A stretch of DNA of 64,000 bases from positions 1-64,000 of the IMG/VR virus record IMGVR_UViG_3300022744_000022. One strand, given 5' to 3'. The number at the start of each line of letters is the position of its first letter. The stretch's first letter is position 1. Of this stretch, positions 9,048 to 17,786 are shown piece by piece. Made by a program: the position numbers and the translations under genes. Below the pieces are notes generated by a model. It made no database searches. It saw only the letters and a list, made by a program, of their open reading frames with translations, and was not told the origin of the DNA.

Positions 9048-9725
9048 ATGCCTCACATCCCTTCCGCCAATCCTGATTCTGACTTGTTGCAGGTTCCGTC
9101 CACGAACCCCAACTATCAGCACGGTCTTGAGCAGAGGAAGTCGTTCATTCCGATGGCCTTCCAGGTCACGAGCCCCTTCAACAGTCGTCGCGTCCTACTT
9201 CCTCATGCGTTGGTGATGCACATCAACCCTCAGAACTACTCGGAGAACCACACGAAGAAGGTTGAGCGCATTCAGACCCGGGGCGGTTTCGTAGAGCAGC
9301 ACTGGGGTGACGACCTGACCGAGATCACGGCCGATGGCTCCACCGGCGCGTTCATGAACATCTACACGGGGCTGTCCTCGGTGATGCGGCACAAGACTAT
9401 CGCGTGGGATCGTTACCGAGACCTGCACGACCTTTACCGCAACAACGGGAGCGTCTACGACCCTTACGGTAACATTGTGCTGCAAGGCAATGTGATGCTC
9501 ATGTACGATCGGGGCACGTACATCGGGTACTTCCGGAGTTTGGAGATCGAAGAAACGGATGACCAACCGTTTGCTTTTCGTGTGTCTTGGACCTTCAAGG
9601 TAGAGGAAGAGATCATGAAGATCCCGGGTATGAGCATCAACCCGGAGTCTCGCGGTAAGTCTAACTACCTAAATGTCCCTAACTTCCAGAAGCAGAACAA
9701 TACGCCTGGGGGCCCGCAGGTCTGA
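9048..9725 (+). CDS. baseplate/tube-initiator-like structural protein
   Basis: Directly after the tape measure. MHINPQNYSENHTKKVERIQTRGGFVEQHWGDDLTEITADG...FRVSWTFKV is a tube-fold-like pattern. Confidence 0.6.
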   Translation: MPHIPSANPDSDLLQVPSTNPNYQHGLEQRKSFIPMAFQVTSPFNSRRVLLPHALVMHINPQNYSENHTKKVERIQTRGGFVEQHWGDDLTEITADGSTGAFMNIYTGLSSVMRHKTIAWDRYRDLHDLYRNNGSVYDPYGNIVLQGNVMLMYDRGTYIGYFRSLEIEETDDQPFAFRVSWTFKVEEEIMKIPGMSINPESRGKSNYLNVPNFQKQNNTPGGPQV

Positions 9726-9727
9726 AT

Positions 9728-11536
9728 ATGGCGAACGAGAATTCAGACTCCAGGATCTACGAGCAGATTGAGAAGTCGGCGGACTTCTACCAGCCTGCTG
9801 TCTATGAATTGCTGTCGTTCTACCACTCGTTGGAGAACCAGGAAGAACCTCTCGATGGGCAGTTCATCCCGCTCACAACGGTTCAGTCCCGTAGCGCGCA
9901 AGAGACGAAGATCTTTGCCGTTGGGTTGATCCCACCGTCCTCTAATGTGACAGGGCGGTTACTGGATCGGTCGGCCTCGGTGCAGGCTCTTGAGGGTAGT
10001 AACGACACCCTGCTCGAAGAGAATCCAGATGTCGGATCCTCATCCACGGGTGACCTCCCAGGGGAAACGGGTGGTATTGCAACGAGCACTACGCAACCCA
10101 TAGGCCCCACGCAGTCGGACAACCCGGATTTCTGGGTGCAATACGTTACGATGTGCAATCGCTTAGGGTGTCAACCTGAAGAACTTGCTCGTGTGATTCA
10201 GTCGGAAAGTGACTTCAACCCAGCCGCAGGGGCAAAGAACAAGGCGGGTGTGGTCACTGCCAAGGGTCTCATTCAGTTGGTGCATGGGACAGCCATAGGC
10301 ATCGGTATGACCGAGGATGAGTACGCCAACTTGCAGAGCATGAGCGCCACAGATCAGCTCAAGTGGGTCGAGCGTTTCTACCAGAACCGATCAAAGGGTC
10401 GGAATGCCTTTCAACTCAAGGCCATCACGTTAGGTGGGTACAACAACCCAGATGGTTCGGTTTACAACAGCCTAGCTACGCCTCCGGAGTTTAGGCAGCC
10501 CGAACGTCAACGGCAGGCGTACCTTCGTAATGCTCAACTGGATGGCCCACCACCTAAAGGCTACATAACCCCAGAAGACCTTGCTGCGAGGCTGGCTCGA
10601 CGCCCTTTGAGTAGGGCCACTAAGGCTCAGATTGATCGGGCCCGTAGAGCCCTAGGGATGTCTACGAACTACACCCCTTTTCAACCCGACGGGTCAGCGA
10701 CGCCCCGGTGGGCCAAGGGTGGGGCGGCAAATGCCAACCAGGCGTCTCGGACAGCCAGCTTGGTTGCCAACAAAGACCTGAACCAGACCAACCTGGGGAA
10801 GGAGTTCCAGGCTCAACAACTGGCCACGATCAAGGCGATACAAGCGGCCTTAGATCAGATGGCCAAGACTCCGCCTCTACGGATGCTGGTCAACCCGCAG
10901 TCTTTCAGAGTCTCGGCTGAGAAGATCATCTCGGATGGGAACTGGGGACGTAGCGGACCCATCATTGAACACTGGGGTGAGTCCCAAGACAAGATTGAGG
11001 GTTCCGGGAAGATCGCGGCGTTCTACTCAATGGACGCTCAGAACGCTAACGGGCCAGGGCTGACTCGTACTGCCAGGCAGTTCTCGGTGAGCTACCAGAA
11101 CTTCTTGGCTTTGTGGCTCATTTACAAGAACAATGGTGGCGTTTGGTTGCCCGACCCGATTGTGACCTCAGGTTCTCGGGCCAAGAACCTGTCCGTGGTG
11201 GGGTCAGTATACATCTATTACGACGGGATCCTGTATGTGGGGTCGTTTGACAACTTCAGTCTGACCGAGGCGGAAACGGCCCCCTACTCACTAGAGTACA
11301 GCTTCTCGTTCACAGTCCGGTCTTGGTATCTTTTGGATCATCAAGATGATCCTCAGTACATGTACGGCAGACCTGGAGCGCCCGCTCCGACGATTCCGAC
11401 GGGTACAGGGAACAGTCCGACTACCGGGGGTAACAACCCTCAACCGAGCCCGGAGGTTGCGCTGCCTCCTGCCGCCACTATCGCGAACGACTCACTAGGG
11501 GATTTGAACGACCCCAACAACCTCTTGGGGATCTGA
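9728..11536 (+). CDS. baseplate protein with internal lytic transglycosylase (SLT-like) domain and C-terminal tube-initiator-like domain
   Basis: ELARVIQSESDFNPAA...AKGLIQLV (catalytic E-S and GLxQ motifs). C-terminal MLVNPQSF...IEHWGESQDKIEGSG...YSFSFTV is paralogous to 9048..9725. Confidence 0.75.
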   Translation: MANENSDSRIYEQIEKSADFYQPAVYELLSFYHSLENQEEPLDGQFIPLTTVQSRSAQETKIFAVGLIPPSSNVTGRLLDRSASVQALEGSNDTLLEENPDVGSSSTGDLPGETGGIATSTTQPIGPTQSDNPDFWVQYVTMCNRLGCQPEELARVIQSESDFNPAAGAKNKAGVVTAKGLIQLVHGTAIGIGMTEDEYANLQSMSATDQLKWVERFYQNRSKGRNAFQLKAITLGGYNNPDGSVYNSLATPPEFRQPERQRQAYLRNAQLDGPPPKGYITPEDLAARLARRPLSRATKAQIDRARRALGMSTNYTPFQPDGSATPRWAKGGAANANQASRTASLVANKDLNQTNLGKEFQAQQLATIKAIQAALDQMAKTPPLRMLVNPQSFRVSAEKIISDGNWGRSGPIIEHWGESQDKIEGSGKIAAFYSMDAQNANGPGLTRTARQFSVSYQNFLALWLIYKNNGGVWLPDPIVTSGSRAKNLSVVGSVYIYYDGILYVGSFDNFSLTEAETAPYSLEYSFSFTVRSWYLLDHQDDPQYMYGRPGAPAPTIPTGTGNSPTTGGNNPQPSPEVALPPAATIANDSLGDLNDPNNLLGI

Positions 11537-14500
11537 TGGCACGCGGACCTTTTCAAGGCACTTTCAATCCGAACGTCCGGCCCACTGTGGTTACGGCTCC
11601 GGATGCCATTGTCTACATCAACGGTGAGCAAGAAGTCCTTGGTTGCCCGCAGTGCTCTCGCTCGTTCGATTTTAACAAGTACATCACGGCGGTGCAGACA
11701 GACCTAAGTGTGGATTCGGCCCCAGGCAGCGCGTCCGTTACGTTGTCCATCCCTCGGCACACTATTGATGACTTCTACTTCGATGGTAACGCGGTCATTA
11801 CCCCGATGATGGAGATCGAGATCTACGCCAAGGGTTACTACTTGGTGGAGGGTCTGGCTCAATACTACCCGATTTTCTGGGGCCTTGTGACCGAGGTGTC
11901 CGACAACTACTCGGGTGGGGAGCACACAGTCAGCATTCACTGCGCAGACATTCTCAAATGGTGGGAACTGTGCAAGATGAACATCAACCCTGCCTACACG
12001 GTCCCGTCGGGGCAGCAGGGACGCAACATTCAGGGCAACGTATTTGCGCAAACGAACCCTTACGACATGATCTTCACGCTCGCCTTACAATCGTTTGGCG
12101 ATGTCGTCGTAGGAACTGGCAGTCTTCAAAACCTGGTTCGGGAATCAGGACAAAAGGCCACGTTCAATGCGGCTCTGACCGATTTGATGGCGTACTGGGA
12201 GAAGCGCTTCTCTCGTATGCGCAGCAACCTTGTGCTGTATGGCACGCAAGGGGTTGCCGTACGCGGGGACACCCTGTATCGAACGTATTCTCGGGACAAC
12301 CCCTCGGGTACGGTACCTAAGAAAGCCTTCGCTTCACAGGCCGTAAGTCAAGCTAATGGGGGTTCAGAGGGCGGCCAGATGGTGTTCGACCCTGCATCCC
12401 CTAACGTAGCGGCTTTCCGCTTCGTTATGTCCAATGCGGGTCAAATTGACCTGTGGCAGTCAGAGTTCCAAACGAAGCTAGAATTGGCGAACGCCGCCAA
12501 GGAGGCCGTTGGGTTCGAGTTCTACATGGATGTCACGGGCGACATCGTGTTCAAGCCGCCCTTCTACAACTTGGACACGTTGGGCAACAAGCCTGTCTCG
12601 TGGATCCAGGACATCGATATCATTGACTGGGACTTCTCCGAGTCGGAGGCAGAGGTCGTTACGCAGATCGTGTTGCAGGGGTCTTTTGGAGGGACCACGG
12701 ATTACGGTACCCCAGCAGACATCTCCCCTTTCACTTCGGTCACCGACTACCACTTGCTACGAAAGTACGGGTGGCGTTCACAGAACTCGAATTCTGAGTT
12801 CCTGTCGAGCCCGCAGCTCATGTTCTACCATGGGCTCGACACCCTGGACCGCATCAACTCAAAGCGTCATCGGGGTAGCGTAACGATTCCGATGCGTCCC
12901 GAGTTACGTCTAGGTTTCCCCATCTACGTCGCCCCTAAGGACCAGATGTGGTACGTCTCTGGGATCAGCCACAGTATCTCGTTCGGTAGTCGGGCCACGA
13001 CCTCTTTGACGCTGACTGCTAAGCGCTCGAAGTTCATTGCCCCTAAGGGCATCGGGGATCTCAAACTTACGAGCTACAACAAAATACCGGAGAGCACGAC
13101 TGACGGGATGCCGCGTTCGTTTCGATACAGCTCTCGGCAGCTCTCCACACACGGTCAGTTTGAGTTGAAGGTTGGATCAGCCGCTTCATTACCCCCCGCC
13201 CAGGAAGCCTTTACAGCACAAGCGGGTGCAGACAATCCGTATGAACCCCTAATCCTGCGTCACCCGAAGACAGGCCGCATCGTCGGGTATCCGAATGTCG
13301 TGATGGCGTACACGCGACCGTTTGCACCGGCGGATATCAGCGCTCAAGCGGGACAGAAGTCACCTACGCAGGTCAATCCTAACGTCGCCCAGGCTCAACA
13401 AGCTAGGGCGCAAGCAGTGCTGGCTGAGACACTCACTACTGCACAAGCTAGAAACCAGGCTAACGCGGAAGACGCTATGGTCGATAAGTATACGACCAAC
13501 CGCTACCAGTATGGTTTGAACTCGGCAGGGGTTTACGTCTACGCCCGGGACTCATCTAATGGGGGCGGCGTAATCAGCGAGATTCTCACACTACCGTCAA
13601 AGAGCGTTCACGTCACTCCTGCGGATTCCGCCTTGGATAACTTACGAGGCAAGACGGCAATGATCCGTCCGGTGAGTGACGAACGGGGCTTCGAGGTGAT
13701 CGGGCACTTTCAGTACGGGCGTCGTCTGTTCTTGAAGGATGGGCGTCTGATTACCAATGATGCTGGGAATCAGACACGGGCAAAGGTTGACCTCCAACTT
13801 GCGTTGTCCGGTGGTTTGAGCGAGATGCTCACGGCGCAGTCTCAGGGGCTAACGACCACTTCTGCGGGGTATTCGGATCCGGCGGTAACGTTAGCGACCC
13901 TAACTCCAGAGGATCGCCAGACCGCTGCTGTTCTGAGTCCCGACACCGGCACCCCTGAGTTCATTGACGTGGGCGACAACTTTGTGGACGCCGCCCCTTT
14001 GGGCTCCCCGCAACAGACAGGCTCACCTGAAGTAGAGGCGTCTCAATTATCCAGAGCATTGACGTTGGCGGAGATGTCCGTGAAGGATTCACAGACACGT
14101 AATGATGAGAACTGTGTGTGTCTGACGGGGCGACAAGATCTCGCGTTCATTAACGCGGGGTACCAGATCGAGATCCTGACCTCTACCTCTGCGAGTGCAA
14201 ACGACAGGTCCGGACTCTTTTCTTCGTTGGATGCGATTGGGGTTACGGGTGGGCCCATTACGGGTGGGGCGCTTGAGACTGCTCAGGCGGAGGCTGATCG
14301 TTTACTGGCCCAACTGCAAGAAGCCTACGTGCAGTTGGCCGAACTACAGGCCGAGGCGGTGGCTGAGTCCGCTGGTGAGCCCACATGGTTCGCGAAGCAC
14401 CAAGCTGTAACTGATCAGGAAGGGGTTGTTCGGGCCCTTGAAGAACAGGAAGAAGCGGCTCGTTCTGTGGTTGAAGTGATGCAGATGGAGTACAACGCGG

Positions 14501-15045
14501 GGTCGGCGGGCAACGTCCCATCCTCATCCAAACCTAACCAAGAGCTGATCTCGAAAGTGGACCAGTTTTTGGTTGGTCTGTACCAAACCCTCGATACGCC
14601 ACATCAGGAATTGGAGCAGGCGCTTCGTGGGGATCTCTTGCCGGGCCAGGCGGCGGACACCTCCGGCCTTAACGCGAACAAGACCAACCCACCCTCGGAG
14701 TTTGCTCCACCCTTCTCGGCACCCAATCGTTTCATGCTTGGCGACCCGAAGGCTGATGTGGGGGCTGTTCAGACCAATGCTGAGGGCATTTCTCAAGCGT
14801 GGAGCAGCTTCGGCAAGAACCTCAAGGCTAACGCTGAGAAGACCAAGTTGAGTAAAGAGATCAGCCAGGATCAGGCGAGTATCGCCCGCTTGACCGCTAC
14901 ACGAACTCAGCTTGTGCAGCAACAGAACTCGTCGGCTGTTGTGATTGGTGTAAACCTACAGAATTCTATCGACACCATTGACAAAGAGATCGAGAAGCTT
15001 CGGCGCGAGATCTCTAGGAACCAGCTCAAGCTCAACGAACTTTGA
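11536..15045 (+). CDS. baseplate hub protein (gp27/gpD-like) with long C-terminal extension
   Basis: ITAVQTDLSVDSAPGSASVTL, FWGLVTEV, AKEAVGFEFYMDVTGDIVFKPPFY and RPELRLGFPIYV...WYVSGISHSIS...TSLTL follow the hub/VgrG-head pattern. Confidence 0.7.
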   Translation: MARGPFQGTFNPNVRPTVVTAPDAIVYINGEQEVLGCPQCSRSFDFNKYITAVQTDLSVDSAPGSASVTLSIPRHTIDDFYFDGNAVITPMMEIEIYAKGYYLVEGLAQYYPIFWGLVTEVSDNYSGGEHTVSIHCADILKWWELCKMNINPAYTVPSGQQGRNIQGNVFAQTNPYDMIFTLALQSFGDVVVGTGSLQNLVRESGQKATFNAALTDLMAYWEKRFSRMRSNLVLYGTQGVAVRGDTLYRTYSRDNPSGTVPKKAFASQAVSQANGGSEGGQMVFDPASPNVAAFRFVMSNAGQIDLWQSEFQTKLELANAAKEAVGFEFYMDVTGDIVFKPPFYNLDTLGNKPVSWIQDIDIIDWDFSESEAEVVTQIVLQGSFGGTTDYGTPADISPFTSVTDYHLLRKYGWRSQNSNSEFLSSPQLMFYHGLDTLDRINSKRHRGSVTIPMRPELRLGFPIYVAPKDQMWYVSGISHSISFGSRATTSLTLTAKRSKFIAPKGIGDLKLTSYNKIPESTTDGMPRSFRYSSRQLSTHGQFELKVGSAASLPPAQEAFTAQAGADNPYEPLILRHPKTGRIVGYPNVVMAYTRPFAPADISAQAGQKSPTQVNPNVAQAQQARAQAVLAETLTTAQARNQANAEDAMVDKYTTNRYQYGLNSAGVYVYARDSSNGGGVISEILTLPSKSVHVTPADSALDNLRGKTAMIRPVSDERGFEVIGHFQYGRRLFLKDGRLITNDAGNQTRAKVDLQLALSGGLSEMLTAQSQGLTTTSAGYSDPAVTLATLTPEDRQTAAVLSPDTGTPEFIDVGDNFVDAAPLGSPQQTGSPEVEASQLSRALTLAEMSVKDSQTRNDENCVCLTGRQDLAFINAGYQIEILTSTSASANDRSGLFSSLDAIGVTGGPITGGALETAQAEADRLLAQLQEAYVQLAELQAEAVAESAGEPTWFAKHQAVTDQEGVVRALEEQEEAARSVVEVMQMEYNAGSAGNVPSSSKPNQELISKVDQFLVGLYQTLDTPHQELEQALRGDLLPGQAADTSGLNANKTNPPSEFAPPFSAPNRFMLGDPKADVGAVQTNAEGISQAWSSFGKNLKANAEKTKLSKEISQDQASIARLTATRTQLVQQQNSSAVVIGVNLQNSIDTIDKEIEKLRREISRNQLKLNEL

Positions 15046-15051
15046 TGCCCT

Positions 15052-17205
15052 ATGTCTGACTTCCGACCAAAGAACCCCTCGGGGTATGTTCCGGGGAAAG
15101 AGTTTACCGACACAGGTGAGCCCTATGGGCTTAAGGTCGGGATCATTACTCGCGTCGATGAGTTGGAGTTGAAGTGCGATATCAAGGTGCTCACGGGTGG
15201 TGGTGAGCGCTTTGAGGTTGATCTGACTCAAGGACTGGCCGGGCCGCGAAGCTTCTGGGGCGGTGTCCCCGAAGTGAACTCGATGGTGATCATTGGGTAC
15301 CGTCGTCGGCATAAGCAGCTCTACGAGGCAATGATCCTCGGGTATCTTCCGACGGGTAAACGATCGGCCATGCGGTTCGATCCTTTGTCCTCGTCAGATC
15401 CTTCGGAAGTTACCCCCGAGGATGCTGAGCTTTACAGTAAGATTTTCTCTCCACAGACTCGCTACAAGCGCCTCATGCTCAGTCCTGGGGACGTGGGCGG
15501 TATGTCGTCTTCGGGCGCAGAGTTCGCGTTGACCAAAGACGTGAAGATGGTCAATCGGGCGGGGGATCTGTTCGAGCTGCGGGATTCTGATCGCACGCTT
15601 GTCGCCCAATCGATCCACCGGGTCGAAAACGAAGCTGGCGTCCTCAGGATGTCGGGGCCAGCTCGCCGCAGCGGCTTCTACCTGCCGCAGGACATCTTCT
15701 CGTCTGGTAAGACGCTCAAGACTTCGGAAGACCGCTACTTCGGGGACACAATTCTCAAACGCTTCACCGTGAGTGAGAACACGGTCTTCGATGTAATCAA
15801 CAACGCGGCGCAGTTCCCGCCGGTCACATACTCAAACGGGCGGCAAGCGCACTACCCTGTGACCTTCCCTGGCGTTGACTTTGAGAGCCCCGATGGGGCC
15901 GGGGCAGAGCCCTATACAGAAGACCGCTTGGAGATGACGCACACCACGGATTTGACTCAAGAGGTCCGGGAGGAAATCGACGGTTTCCAGATGTACCGGC
16001 AGCCGCTCTACATCGAGCGCGTCTTGGGGACCTTGGTGGGTAACGACACGTCATCCGACACAGGGATGCAGCAGTACGGGCAGTTGCTGCGCCCCAAGAT
16101 TTTCGATGAGTTCAGGTCTACGGGTCCCGGCAACTTCACTACCGAGGTCGTGCCCCGGTCTGCACTTGATGACAGCGAGGCATACACGACAGCGGGTGCC
16201 TATCTGCTTCGGATCATTCCGCCCCCGAGTCCAGCGGGCCGCAATGAGACGATCAGTGCGTTCGCGATGGCGGTGTCCAAGCAGGGCAAGCTGTTCGTGA
16301 ACATTCCGGGATCTCGGGTTGAGGAGTACCCGTCTGGGGCCAAGAACGTCTCGGCTGAGGTCAACATGGACGGTGCCCTTAAGATGCGGTTGGGGGCCAG
16401 CACCCCGGACAACATCTCGCTCTACCTGTCGATGGAGGGCGGGGCGGTCTTTGACTTTCGTGGTGGGGCCTCAGGGGCGGGTCTGACGTTCAAGACGCAC
16501 TCGTCCTACGTGGTTGAGGCCCAAGGAGTCCCGGACAACAACAACGTTGCGTACTCGGAGAGCCTGCAAGGCAACCGTGAAGCGTTCACGTCTGCCGATA
16601 GCACTGAGAACGTGTTGGGTGCCAAGATCACGACCGTCAATGGCGGGTACTCGATAGGGGCGGATCGTTTCAGTGTGCAGGCTCAGTCGGGCTTCGGGTT
16701 GAATGCCGGGGGTATCGATGTCCTCAGCTCGGGCAAGAGCCAGTACCAGTACGCGCAACAGGTCTTGGAGACCATCGTGACTGGCGGCAAAGTGTCCACA
16801 ATCCTTGCGGGCGGGCTCATCGAGAACCTGGTGGTGGGGGCTCGTGCGATCAACGTACTGGGTGGTGCCATGACCACCAACATTCCGGCAGGTGCCTATT
16901 CGGTGACCGTGGGCTCAGGGGCCATCAGCCTCGCTACCGCAGCAGGTGCGCTGTCCTTGTCGGCGGCAGCGGGTGCGGTGTCGATCACGGCTGGGCTTGC
17001 AGTGGCCATTACGGCCGGACTCGCAATGAACTTGACGGCCCCCACGCTGATTGCTCTCACGTCGGCTCAGGTGCTTGTTGGGGCACCTGTGGCCCCTCTT
17101 GGGGTATGTCGTGGTGCTCCTATGATGCCCCCAGGAAGCCCGTCGTTAGATTGGATAACCGGCCTGCCCTTGCAAGGGGCTGCCTTGTTTAGGTCGGCGC
17201 TCTAG
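15052..17205 (+). CDS. baseplate central spike protein (gp5/gpV-like: N-terminal OB-fold, C-terminal beta-repeat needle)
   Basis: LKVGIITRVDELELKCDIKV...GGVPEVNSMVIIGY OB-fold pattern. C-terminal Gly/Ala/Val repeats (GAISLATAAGALSLSAAAGAVSITAG). Confidence 0.7.
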   Translation: MSDFRPKNPSGYVPGKEFTDTGEPYGLKVGIITRVDELELKCDIKVLTGGGERFEVDLTQGLAGPRSFWGGVPEVNSMVIIGYRRRHKQLYEAMILGYLPTGKRSAMRFDPLSSSDPSEVTPEDAELYSKIFSPQTRYKRLMLSPGDVGGMSSSGAEFALTKDVKMVNRAGDLFELRDSDRTLVAQSIHRVENEAGVLRMSGPARRSGFYLPQDIFSSGKTLKTSEDRYFGDTILKRFTVSENTVFDVINNAAQFPPVTYSNGRQAHYPVTFPGVDFESPDGAGAEPYTEDRLEMTHTTDLTQEVREEIDGFQMYRQPLYIERVLGTLVGNDTSSDTGMQQYGQLLRPKIFDEFRSTGPGNFTTEVVPRSALDDSEAYTTAGAYLLRIIPPPSPAGRNETISAFAMAVSKQGKLFVNIPGSRVEEYPSGAKNVSAEVNMDGALKMRLGASTPDNISLYLSMEGGAVFDFRGGASGAGLTFKTHSSYVVEAQGVPDNNNVAYSESLQGNREAFTSADSTENVLGAKITTVNGGYSIGADRFSVQAQSGFGLNAGGIDVLSSGKSQYQYAQQVLETIVTGGKVSTILAGGLIENLVVGARAINVLGGAMTTNIPAGAYSVTVGSGAISLATAAGALSLSAAAGAVSITAGLAVAITAGLAMNLTAPTLIALTSAQVLVGAPVAPLGVCRGAPMMPPGSPSLDWITGLPLQGAALFRSAL

Positions 17206-17784
17206 ATGCCCTTGAATCCGCCAGCACTTGCGGCAGCGTTCCTCACCCCAAACCTGCTTTCCACAGGGAACATCGGGATGGGTGTGCCTAAATTCGCAAT
17301 GGGCGTTGCGGTGGGGGTGTGCCAGTACCTTACGGTACAAGCCAAGGTTGCGACGGTGGACGCTGGGGTCCTTGGTGTAGGGACCTCAATCATGCCGCTG
17401 CTTGTGGTCCCTACGTTGCTTCAAGGCGGTCTTTACGCTGGCTTTTCCTCCATGGGGATCTTGGGCCCCCTGTCCCCCTTGCTGATCACGGGTCTCACGA
17501 ACGGGCTTGTGACTGGTTGGACCGCCCTTGCGCTCTTGCAGACAAACCACCCGGGGATCGGTGTGGGGGCTGGGGTGGCGCGTATCACGGGCCCTTCTGC
17601 GGTTCCTGCGATGCTTGCTGGGTTTGCTTCAATGGGAATGACTGGTGATGGGCCGGTCAAGACTGCTACGGCGATCGGGATTGCCCTGGACATCACGTTT
17701 GCGGCTTTTGTGGAACCGATCCCAATCGTGGGCACGCCTTCCATTGTGGGTGGTGCAGGGGTTGGCTTCGGGTCGGTGATCTAA
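17206..17784 (+). CDS. hydrophobic Gly/Ala-rich virion protein (192 aa)
   Basis: Abuts the spike stop codon (TAG-ATG). Almost no charged residues. Confidence 0.75.
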   Translation: MPLNPPALAAAFLTPNLLSTGNIGMGVPKFAMGVAVGVCQYLTVQAKVATVDAGVLGVGTSIMPLLVVPTLLQGGLYAGFSSMGILGPLSPLLITGLTNGLVTGWTALALLQTNHPGIGVGAGVARITGPSAVPAMLAGFASMGMTGDGPVKTATAIGIALDITFAAFVEPIPIVGTPSIVGGAGVGFGSVI

Positions 17785-17786
17785 AG

